64,000 nt of DNA from Pseudovirgaria hyperparasitica (lineage: Eukaryota), in assembly GCA_010093815.1 (NCBI GenBank), contig ML996575.1; one strand, written 5' to 3'. Position numbers and translations under genes: made by a program. Below the pieces are notes generated by a model. The model ran no database searches. It was given only the letters and a program-made list of their open reading frames with translations, and was not told the DNA's origin. Shown one piece after another: positions 50,775 through 61,762 of the stretch; the first letter of the stretch is position 1, and every line of letters starts with the position of its first letter.

Positions 50775-50834
50775 CAATCAGCGGCCTCCCGGGGCGGCGT
50801 GGTGCAACAACCCACCAGCCAAGCCGGGGGAGCC
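50772..50834 (+). promoter_or_regulatory. Candidate stop-codon readthrough signal: TGA-CAATCA plus 3' GC-rich stem-loop
   Basis: TGA CAA TCA matches stop-CARYYA; 50783-50792 can pair with 50824-50834, starting 8 nt after the stop. Confidence 0.65.
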
Positions 50835-51191
50835 CCCAGCAAGATCATGAAGCGCAGCCAACGCGCTGGCCTAACCTACTCCAAAGGAGGCGTCGCCATC
50901 TCCAGCGCCGGTCGCAAGAAGAAGAAGAACTATCCTCTCTCCTGGGGCTGTTCCATCGACAAGATGAAGATGAAGAAACGCGTCTTGTGCGTCTACGATG
51001 GCTCCCGTCGGCTATGGAAGGACGACATGATGCTCGACCAGGAGTTCGAGGTTCGCATCCCGATGCCGGACGGCCGGGGCTATGTTACAGACCTCGACGT
51101 CCAGACGCTGAATCGCGCCGATGCTCTACACGCAGCGACTGAAGAGGAGAAGGGCCCTTGGACGGAGAACACCAACATCTCTGGCCTATAA
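50775..51191 (+). CDS. In-frame C-terminal extension (138 codons) of the C2H2 factor beyond the TGA
   Basis: Same frame as the zinc-finger exon, no stop until TAA 51189-51191, C/G-ending codons like the upstream exon, non-repetitive sequence GLTYSKGG...GRKKKKNYPLSWGCS...KMKMKKRVLCVYDGSRRLWKDDMML...YVTDLDVQTL. Confidence 0.75.
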   Translation, partial: QSAASRGGVVQQPTSQAGGAPSKIMKRSQRAGLTYSKGGVAISSAGRKKKKNYPLSWGCSIDKMKMKKRVLCVYDGSRRLWKDDMMLDQEFEVRIPMPDGRGYVTDLDVQTLNRADALHAATEEEKGPWTENTNISGL

Positions 51192-51499
51192 TCTGTGCCC
51201 TCGACACGGTCCTAAAACACATATATCTTCTCTACGTCGTTGTGCATTACCTACAAAACCCGCCTGTCCTTGACCCACCCCACACCATAGGACTTGTACT
51301 TCTACCTACCTCACGCCAATGCGAATCACTCCCAGGCATGGCCCTCCCAACCCAAAAAAAACTCACTTTTTTCTCCTCCATCATTCTATTACCCTTACTT
51401 CTCTTCGAATGGACATATTTTTTGACGATGAAAATGCATGAGCGATGTGTATGATGGGATCTTAATTCTGGGCGGGAGCTTGGACTAGTAAGCACCTGC

Positions 51500-54400
51500 A
51501 TGGTTCTTCTTTTTTTTAACTACAAAGTAGCGATACCATGACTTTATGTTTTTTTTTTTGATTATTGTTTTCGCTTTTTTTTCTTTCTTTTGGGGTGTGT
51601 GTGTGTGTGTGTGCGAATGGAAAGGACGGAACGTGCTGGTCGCGGATTTTGGTCGCGAGTACTTCGTTTTTAAAAGGCTGGCTGGCTGGGGATACACAAT
51701 ACATGCATACATACGTTGTTTGGGCTTGCTTGCTTGTGTTGCGGTGTGAAGCTGTGATGCTGTGAACTGATACTGTAATGTGCTGTGCCTTTTCGTGTTT
51801 TGTCGGCTGTTGAATGTCGTTGTTGTCCACAGCCCTCTTCTCCCTTGCTTGCTGTTTGTTTCCAACGCATTTCTCTGTGTATGTGTATGTTGTATGTGCC
51901 GCATGCACGCACGCACGGCGGTACGGCGCGAACACGGCTGTCCATACCATACCTGATTAACTACCATATCTAACCACCATACCATACCAGCCTTGTCGCA
52001 ATGCTATGCTATGCTGTGCTATTTTATGTTATGTTATGCAGTGGCTATCCCTATTCTCGTCTCGCCTGTCTCGTCGTCGTCGCCTTTTATGTTGTTGGTC
52101 CTGGTCATCTGCCCCCTTGCTTGCTTGCGTGCGTCTAGAGTATCTTCCTGCTGTGCCTCTAGGTAGAGAAAATCACGCGTGCTGTATGTGTATATGTATG
52201 TATGGGTATATGTCTATATATATATGCGATGGCTGTAGTGATTCGCTTGCTTTCACGGCATGTGTGTATGGATACGTATATATGTGTGTATGGATATATT
52301 TCTATGTATGTTTGTCTATGTATGTGTGTCTATGTATGTGTGTCTATGTATGTGTGTCTATGTATGTGTGTCTATGTATGTGTGTCTATGTGCTTTATAT
52401 GTTTTCTATGAGTGCCTCGTCGTCGTCGTCGTCGTCGTCATCGTGCTTGTAGATGGCAAAGTGCTGGTCTTCTATTTCTCTATCTAATCCCATAGCGCAT
52501 CAAATCAAGAACAGGAACAAGAACAAGAACAAGAACATGAACAAAACAGAACCAGACCACCACCCGCACAAAGCGCACTGCGATATCTACGGATGGACAC
52601 CGGGGGCTCAGTGCTCAGTGCTCAGTGCTCGGTGGCCCGGCTGCTTGGGTCTTGGGTTTGGGTTGGGTTCAACTGGGTTGGGGAATGGAAAGGGTAGGCT
52701 AGGCTGGGTTAGCGCTAGGATTTAAGCGCTAGGCCGGAGTAGGCTGGATGAGGGTAGGGAGGGTCAGGCTAGAGAAGGGTAGAGACTAATAGAGAGGGAG
52801 ATCGCATCGCGGCGCTAGCTTGGATTGGACTGGACTTGACTTGGTTGGTTTGGACTAGCTTGGGATATATAGTATCGAGCTAGCATCTCGCTGCCTGGAT
52901 AGATGTCAGTCTAGGGAGGTAACAGAGCAGAACAGGACAGAACAGGGTGATGCCATGCCATAGAAGACTACGCTAACGCACCGATCGCACCGATCTGGTT
53001 GTTCCAGTAGCCGGGATAACGACACCTTGCAGTCAGTACTTACACCGGCCGGAGTGACTAGACGGATGTGGATTCTCTGCTTTGTTTCTTTGCTATGTAT
53101 GTAGGTGAGGGGTTGATGCCTTGCCTTGGGGCGCGGATCGTTCTGGGTGTGAGTTTGGACGTGGGTGTGCGTGTGGGTGTAGGTGTAGAGGGGCATGGGC
53201 ATCCTACTATTCCCGGGGTGGACTAGGGGCGGTGAGGGACACCGCTATGGACATATCTACATACAGAGTAACAGAGACACGCGGCTCATGGTTGCTTTTT
53301 CCGTCGCGAAGACGGATCATATGCGTAGTATGCGTGAAATGTGTAGGGTCTATGGTTGCATGTATGCGAGTGAGTGTATGTATGTTGCACAGCATTTTAA
53401 CAGTTTTGATTAAGAGGCTTGGGAATTTGCCTGACGGGCTTGGAGAATCAGGCCATTATGGCGTGGTTTTTGTTTGTGGGTTGGATGTGTATGTGTGGTA
53501 TGTTTGTTATCCAAGGAAGTAGTTCTAGACTTTTTCACCTATTGCCATAATAATCAACACCGATACGATGCGATTGATGGATTGGAGCATCTTTCGTCTG
53601 ATCTGCCTAGACTGACTTTCTCTCTTTCCGTGGGTCGACGGTCGAGGTCGGACAGACAGCCAGGTCACGTTTTTCTTCTTCCATCTTCCCTTGATTCTCT
53701 GGTTCTACACTTACTAAACTAACCAACAAGCCATGGCGCGCGCGTCCGCTACCGGGTTCCTGTTTAGGACGGCCCACTCGGAGATTTTCCTTGGGTGGGC
53801 GCGGCGGAGGGGGGGAAACTTATTTAGTTTTCTTGAGGAGGCTTGCATCGTTTCGCTATGGAGATACTAGATGCTGCTCGCTCTTTGTTTGTTGCTCACA
53901 TGCTGCTGCAGAGATTGTGAGAAGGAGGGGAACGGATGAGAGTCGTGTGTGTTTGTTTCTAGATTGGGGCGCGTGATGTGTGTTCGTGTTGTGTCGGGAG
54001 ATGCCATGCCATGCCAGGCCAGACCAGATTCAAGCTTCCGCCATGGACGGGAAGGTGAAGATCTGGAGCCCGTGAAAGTTGTGGATGATGCCGAAAGTGT
54101 GGCGTTCTAAGCAGAATGAGACGACGATGCTGGATGGTTCATTGATGGTGATGATGCTTCATTCGGGCTGCTTCCTCGGAGTAGCTACCGACCTCCTGAT
54201 TATGAGGTGGGCTTCTTCGCCCCGCACACAACCATCATTAACCAGAATACCCAGATTACCCATCCCGTCGCACAGAGTATCCAGTACAATATCTACATTC
54301 GGCGGCGGCATTGTTTCGTTCTTCAAGTCAATATCCGCCATGGAAAAAATCTTTCCGAGCGAACTATCGTTATGGTCATGGTTATCGATTGGGGCGGTTT

Positions 54401-56200
54401 TCCAACCTATACGATCGATGCGCTGTCATATCGTTCTGTTCATTCTGTTGGCGCTTTTCCGGTTTCGCGCCTTTGTTCGGCTGTTCTGGTCTTGTCACGG
54501 CGATGATTCAGAATTACTCGCTCCTCATCCTCCTCCTCCACACATCTCCACCTCCACTTCCACCACCACTGCTGCCGCTGGCATTGCCTGCATCCAGTAT
54601 ATTCGTGCATTGTTTGCACTGCCCTGGCGCACTCGGCCTCGCCGCCGCCGCGTGCTGCTGACTCTGCGCATGGCGGATGGATGGATGGATGGATGACTTG
54701 GCTCTCAAGCCTCGTACCTACAATACCACCTACCTCCATACCTCCCTCCATTCCCTGCATAACATGCTATCCTGTCGTATCCCATCCCATCTGCATCCCA
54801 TCCCATGCCCTTACCTCACCTCGCATCACCGCGCCTCGCCTCGCCCAAACCCGTCCGACAATTACAAAATCCTCTTACCCTATAACTCGATGCCTCGCAT
54901 TCCCATGCCTTGCCTTGCCATACCATGCCCTCCTCCTCCTCCTTCATCCATACCCCCACTCTCCTCCACTACCCCTTCTCCACGCCCCCATCCCTGCCCC
55001 GACCACAACCACAACCACACCCCCGGTGGGTGCATCGTCCTCGCTAACCCATGCCAAGTCCCCCTCGCACGGTCCGCTCGTCTACATGCCCCCTTCCCTG
55101 CGCTCTGCCTCTTTTCGGGGCCTGCGGGCCTGGTCTAGCCTCCTCGAATGGGGATGCGGCTCTGCTGGGGAGGGATAGTAGGGTTGAGGGGGGTTATGCC
55201 GGTGGTAGGTGCTGGTAATGGTCTGGTCTCCTCGGGCGGGCGGGCTTGCTTGCTTGCTTGCTTGCAGGCATGGATGTTGGCGAGCGCCGTGGAGTTGGGA
55301 TTTGCTCTATACCTTTCCTTGCCAGGCTTGCCTTACCTTTCTTACCTGGTCCTGGCCTTGTCTTGCCTTGCCTGCCGGTGACCTGGATTGATGGATGAGA
55401 TGAGATGAGATGAGATGAGATGGATAGGATGGGATGGATCCATAGACGGGGATTGAAACACCACGCACGCGCGCGCCGGCGCGCGCGGTGGGCTTTTCCT
55501 TTGTGCGAGGGAATACGTGTGTGCAAGGCTGGCCTGGGCTGGCTGGTTGATTGGTTGGGAGGCTTTAGAAGGGGTGATGGGGTGTTTCTATATTAGGCTC
55601 TTCTGTATTATTAGATCTTTTCGCGCACTTCTCTCGGTGCGGCGGTTGGGTCCTGGTGTGGTGGTGAGAGGCTCTGTTTGCACACTCCTCCCCTGCCAGA
55701 CGTACAGTACTAGCACTGCTAGAACTGCCTACCAGAACTCCCCAAACTGCATCGTCGCACGCACGCATAGAATAAGTATAGAACATCTAGTATCAGGCGT
55801 TGTGACGTGTTATGTCACTGATATTACGATGATGGTGATTCGGCGGATGCGTTCTCGACCGCTGCGGCGGCACTCTGGTTGTGCCGGTGTGTGCAGTGCG
55901 CGGTGGCTTCGATACGAGGTCGGACTATATTCCGTTTGACGTGGCTGCAGTACCGCGAGGGGGAGGGGGGGGTAAGAAACGGGGTGTTGGCGGGCGGGTT
56001 TATTTGTTTGTGTTCTGGCTTGGTTCTGGTTTGTGGTATATAGTCTGGGTGTGAGTTTGGGGGGAGGGGGTCGATGCGATAAGGAGGGTCTGGGTCGTTG
56101 AGAGGTGGAGGGTTGTGTGTGTATATTTGTGTGTGTATATTTGTGGGTGGATACGAGATGTGTGTTTCTTCTGGAGTTTTAGGTAAAAGGTATGGCAGGA
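51500..56200. repeat. Microsatellite-rich non-coding region downstream of the C2H2 gene
   Basis: (GT)n near 51594, (TCG)n near 52417, (CAAGAA)n near 52510, (GATG)n near 54676, (GCTT)n near 55244, (GATGA)n near 55395, T-runs. Confidence 0.65.
52313..52391. repeat. 14-bp tandem repeat (TGTCTATGTATGTG) x ~5.6
   Basis: Five perfect units 52313-52382 plus a partial unit. Confidence 0.9.
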
Positions 56201-56699
56201 TGGACATACATCCATACGTCCTTTTGTCGAATGGCTGCGCTTTGCAGGATACGACTGGCTCTCGTATGATTGCTTCTTGTTATGGTCATTTAGCACGTCT
56301 CGGACTCTGAGCATGCTTAATTCGTAGCTGTTTTACTGCTCTTCAACTGCTGCTTGTGGTACCTTGTTGGGTTTATTAATTCTATTTCTGAACTGTGGTG
56401 CCTTGCAGCTCTTTATATTTGTGGTTCATATACCCAATGAGAGCTAGTAAGGAGACTAACTATAGCAACGATACACACACGCTGTTTCACCCTAGAGAGG
56501 TCGTAAGTAAGTTGCGAAGAGCATATGGAAGAGACTCGACATTGACCGTCATAAGACAATATATGTACGTACTCTGTTCGAGAGACATGTACATAGAAGT
56601 AACGTTCAGGAGTAGTAAAATGCCGAGGTCTATCTGTTATATCAGGCAAGCAGCAAGGTTTTGCTGGTGTCGTACACTTTAGGATACTATGGACACTTA

Positions 56700-59100
56700 A
56701 ATGCACCCTTTAAAGCGTCGTTGTAGCTAAGGACTTGTTTGATATAGGGGAAGAAGGTGAAGTCATGTACATCTGCCTCTGCGTGGTACTAAAATAGTTA
56801 AGTGATAGTCATGCAGAAACCTTATGCTTCTTGGATAGATCACTCACGAAGTAAGCTCACCATTCCTTCACAACTGCCGTGGAACCTCTGGTCTTTCAGT
56901 CATGTCCATGTGTGAGAATTGACGTCATCGCTTCGTTGAATGTGTCTCGTTGTCTATGATGAAGACTTCACTGGCCTCTTAGGACTCGAATCAAGCATGT
57001 GCTGCGTACACAGTATAGACTGGATGATACTGGGCACGAGAAATGTACTGTTTGTATGCTTGATAGTGGAAGTTATTCCCGTATGTCAGTACATTACTAT
57101 GTATATATCTAGCTAGGTTCAGAGTACTTAAATCTTGTCACGCACCAGCAAGGTCAAGGGCTTTACATCTAACGTTCCCCTAAGCACTCGACGTTCTACC
57201 TAGTACGCTCTATGCTAGCAGACTCTATACTAGGACAGGATGTACAGAATATGGGCCTCGCACGAAGCATCTAGGTACGACACCTCCGGATCCTCTACTT
57301 TCATAGCGAGCTAGTTATCGCTCTCCTTCATTAAAACAATTGTAATAAGAATATAACTACATGATTATATTAGCGAGCGTGCATGAGCGCATATAGACTT
57401 AACGAAACCTAGATTGGTACAATACAAACGTTAGGAGCAATACAGATAGTAATGTCTATAAATCAGAAGTCATGGTCAGGTCCTACACGATAGATAGGTG
57501 ATACGTCAAGATTAAATTGAAAATCTGGTACTAGCCATAGGTCTATCATACTAATGCCGAGTTCTTATAACAATTTCCTCAATTTGAAAGTTGATAGCTC
57601 TATGCAATACTAGCGTGCTATCACGAGCATATTTAATTGTAGTCACTAGAAGCTGCCATTTTCGGTCATAGAGTGATTTAAATTTATGATTACGTTATTC
57701 GGAAGACGATAGTCAATCATAAGCCGGATGCTTCCGATATAGTTTGACCATGAGCACACCAGCATATATGTCCGATAAGCGGCAGTGATACAAGCAGCGG
57801 ATAGTGATATACTATATCCTAGAGTTTTCAAGTTACCATCTCCGGGAATGTAAAACTAGACGGTTTAAGTATGGACTTTGTATCCTTGTTGGGGCTACAC
57901 AATAGACGGTAAACTATGCAAATAGGATTACTACCGATAACGCATGATGTTATGATATATGTACCATTAGATTTAAACTCTCTAGACATCACTTTAACAT
58001 TAGTCTAGCTCATGGTACCAACTATACCGATACTCGAGACACGAATGACAGATGCTATGGTATGACGATTCCCCTGTATATCTAACAGGAATACGATAGT
58101 AATACTCGTAACATCGTGAGTAAGTCCCGTGGTTATAGACGAAAATATAATATTATCTAAAAGTCTTCTATTAATGGTTATTCCTATGATAGAGATAGTA
58201 AAAGTTATATAACCTATTTCAATAGAATAGGTATCAATAATTGTAGAACTCTGCTATAAAAAATGTAGCTAGACCTGAATACTATTATACAAGGCTATAT
58301 ACTAGATCGAAGCGCTGCCTGTGGAAGTACTTAGTATCCCTCAGGCATCTACACTAATAGTATACTATAGTATGACTTCTACCAAGGAGTAGGTAGTAGG
58401 AAGCAGGACTCTAAAGACGTCGCGTTTAATAACGTTAGGCTAGATTTGAACCTAAAATTCAGTCTAAAGCAGGTAGACAGTGTATATAAGCTTAGATTAC
58501 AACATAGACGCTAATTAGAATGTCTGTAGAAAATTTACAAACAACGATGAGAATATTATGCTATACCATCTACGTAAAGTCATACATTACATGGACAGGT
58601 ACTTATAGAGGAGTAGCCTTATCTATATAGAGCCATCTAGATATATAGAGAGAGATAGAGAGAGACAAAGAGACTTCTACTAGGTATAGTACTATCTAAT
58701 ACTAGATAGCATGACTATCACTTCTTTATACTACATACTTTCCTTAGCTATATTCTAGTCATTCTCTATACTCTATTTCCACCCTAGGACTTTAAACTCC
58801 TGGCGTCCACCCTCTATGTATAACCGTTCCTCCTTTCGGGTAGTATAATATAATATAAAGGGTGATATGATTTAGGACGGCATGGAACTACTATATAAGA
58901 AGACTAGCACTGTGATGCTATCATTGAATCTAATACATACTTCTTGAAGCTTACAGACAAGAGATATGCCTCTTTAAATACTTGAATGACTCCTTTCTAC
59001 AGCTGACAATAAGGAGATAGTGTTATTTATTGACTGCGCGTTGTCTTAGGTGCTCGCGTAGCCATCAAGTTGTAAGTGAAAAATCGGTTATACTCTTACA
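56700..59100. other. AT-rich, TpA-rich ORF-poor tract, possible RIP-degraded repeat relic
   Basis: Almost no ORFs of 60 aa or more; abundant TATA/CTAG/TAG, strongest at about 58080-58950. No transposase or RT motif recognisable. Confidence 0.5.
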
Positions 59101-61144
59101 GAATGTCTATTTCCTCAGCACTCTGGGAAGGTGGCACGTTACGATGTCATCTAAGATCTGGCTCCATTTCCAACTTGTTAGCTTTGAAGTAATTCGATAT
59201 TAGTTCTCCCTGGGTTGTATTGAAATCTTCAGTCCTTTGCCCAATTACACTATTTGTCCGCGTCTTCTTGCTTTAGCGCACCCATTCAAGACCTAGCACC
59301 TGATACATGCTTACGCCGTGTATAATCTACTGCGATGCTGACGACATCTCTCTGTAATGGTGCCAGTGACTTCCATCTACTCTTACTTATAGTGACCAAA
59401 GATCCAGAAGCTGCCTGGACATAACTTTCAACAACCTTCACATTGGTTCTGATAAGGAGGTCAGGATACAGCGTGGTAACATGTGCAGACATCTTACATA
59501 TTACTCGAAGCAGCATTGGGGGATCGAGTCCGCTACGCGTTGCAGATCTGAGATCTAGGAGCTTATTGTAACTCGGTTTCAGCAAACAGATTGAAAATTA
59601 ACAAGGACATTATACTTCATACTCAACCAAGATATGGATGACAATGGAACGGCACAGTCATCTATTAAGACGGCCACCCATTTCGGAAAGGAGATGTTCC
59701 ATACAATATGCCAAGTGACGGACAGACTGACTCACAATCAGACGCATCTATTCGTGTATCCCAGCAGTCAGGCATGTCTATCGAAGCATCCTGGTTGTTT
59801 GCTAACACATTGGTCACCTGATGAATAATACTGATCAGTTGACTTGGAAATAGGCGGAACTTTTAGGGATAGATCCAAGGGAATCATAGGTATAAAAGGT
59901 AGGAGACCGACCCAATAACGCTACATCCAAGACGATGTCTGCCAACAATGGTGACACGGGAAGCACTGTTTACGCAGCATGACGCCCCACCTCCCTATAG
60001 CGCAACCTGTGCCACATGCCTGCCATTATCGATTAGCCTTCCAACAACAGACTGCTAACCGATTGCAAGATAATATGAAGACAATATCTGAGATTGTGTG
60101 GAATGAAGACATTTCGACATTATCACCAAGGGGGTTGCGGGTTCTGACTGTTGAAGCGCGTGTATTCTGTTGCTGAACTCGAGCCGGGCTTATTCGAGCC
60201 GCAGTAGACGGGACAAATTCACGTCGGCCATGATGGCAGAAATTGTTGAATGTTTTTGAATCGTATATACCTCGTATTCTTCTCGTGGAGCGAACATTTT
60301 TTCTTTAGCACTTTGCCTTCAAACGTAAACGATAAAATTCAACACAACGCCAGTAACGCCACGGTAATCTGGACTCTTCTTTGCAATCCTGGCTCCTATA
60401 TCTATGTGAGTAGCGCGCAGGTCCATCTCGGCATGCAGTGCTGTTGCAGTGTGGCGCCGACACATGCTTTCTCGCTTCCAGCGTGAAAAGAGAATTGCAT
60501 GCCGTTTTTAGGCTACATGCTACTATCTTAGAGACCTACGTGGAAGATTGGAGGCTTCCAGTAGGTCAATTGAATCGACATTGGTTGTCCTAGGTGACAG
60601 TCGTTTGGCACCTTGTAAATCTGGAATGTAGAGCAATGGTGTGCATATTCCCACGTTTTGTAGCGCCTTAGTTATGTACATTAGGAGCTCAATCATGTAC
60701 AACAGCTTGGGGTCTTAACTGTTACAAGCAGTGATGATCACAATCAGATGCTAGTGCCTGTTCGAGCAGACCATGGTTCGGCAGCATGTGTCCGTTGCCA
60801 AGAACGCCCAACCATGGGGTAAACAAGGCACCAACCCCAGATCTGCACTCTAACTAGCCCCTATAGGCATGGCGCTATGAATGGACTGTACCGGCTCCAT
60901 CACATGGGTGGACGATTCGGCAGCCCTGCTTCATCGCGCAAGTCTACACGATGCTTCTCTCGACTGAGCCGGGTTCTTGGTCGAACGACCATGAGGTACC
61001 ACGAGAGCGCCGGCCTAAGTCTTGATAATTAGACGGGCCTAGATGAACAAATATAAATAGAGTCTTACTCCCTGCGTTAATTGACGTTCCTCAAGCAGGC
61101 ATCAACCATCCTATTCCGCACGCTCATACTCCAAATCTCTCATC

Positions 61145-61702
61145 ATGTACTGGTTCAACCCTCTCGTGCTTGTTAGCACGCTCACTCTTGCCTCCGCAGC
61201 AGTCCTCCCAGCTGTAGAGAAGCGCGATGGCGCCCAAACCGTCAAGGACATCAACAGCATCTCATCCCAGACAGACGCTATCTACAAGCAAGTCAACGAC
61301 TTCAAGGGTGGCCCACTCTCCTCCCTCCAAGCCCTCGGCATTCAGACCGCCTCTATCAAGCTCGACAACACCATCAAGCAAGGCACCAAGAACGCCAACA
61401 AATCAGCCAAGTTTACCTCGGACGAGAGCAATAACATTGCTATTGCTACCCTGGACCTCCAACCCAAAGTCACTGTGCTTATTGATGCGTTGATCAACAA
61501 GAAGCAAGGCTTCCAGACCGCGTTGTTGGGACTGAGCGCTGTGCCACTTGTCAAGCAGACGCTGACCACGTTGAGGGCTGATACAAAGACTTTTGGACAG
61601 GCAGTGACCGCGAAGTTGACACCTGATATTGCGGAGTTGGCTCCGATTGTGTTGGACTTGATTGACCAGGACTTCGCCAGGGGTATCGCTGCTTTCTCTT
61701 GA
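61145..61702 (+). CDS. Secreted HsbA / cell-wall mannoprotein Mp1-like protein
   Basis: Signal peptide, KR processing site, Cys-free amphipathic helical domain (LQPKVTVLIDALINKKQGF...IDQDFARGIAAFS); TATAAATA at 61052-61059. Confidence 0.85.
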   Translation: MYWFNPLVLVSTLTLASAAVLPAVEKRDGAQTVKDINSISSQTDAIYKQVNDFKGGPLSSLQALGIQTASIKLDNTIKQGTKNANKSAKFTSDESNNIAIATLDLQPKVTVLIDALINKKQGFQTALLGLSAVPLVKQTLTTLRADTKTFGQAVTAKLTPDIAELAPIVLDLIDQDFARGIAAFS

Positions 61703-61762
61703 AGAGGCAGTTGAGGTATACGAGATATGAGATAGCTGCATACAATGCATTGAGACTCTATG

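Noticed and set aside
50734..50781. 48-nt GC-AG intron that would skip the stop in frame
   Set aside because: Donor TG|GCAAGG is weak for a GC intron (the two supported ones are G|GCAAGT) and the branch is only TTGAC; disfavoured but needs RNA-seq to exclude.
50760..50782. GACAATCAGC occurs twice 13 nt apart around the C2H2 stop, suggesting a duplication-caused frameshift
   Set aside because: Removing 13 nt enters a frame that stops at 50850; the long coding-like extension is already in frame with the TGA.
50847..51191. Extension as an independent small gene
   Set aside because: First ATG is 72 nt after the upstream stop, with no intergenic-like DNA, and is exactly in frame with the upstream CDS.
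51485..56314. Many 60-205 aa ORFs, including 54079-54696 and 52006-52452
   Set aside because: Translations of microsatellites and low-complexity DNA with no recognisable motifs.
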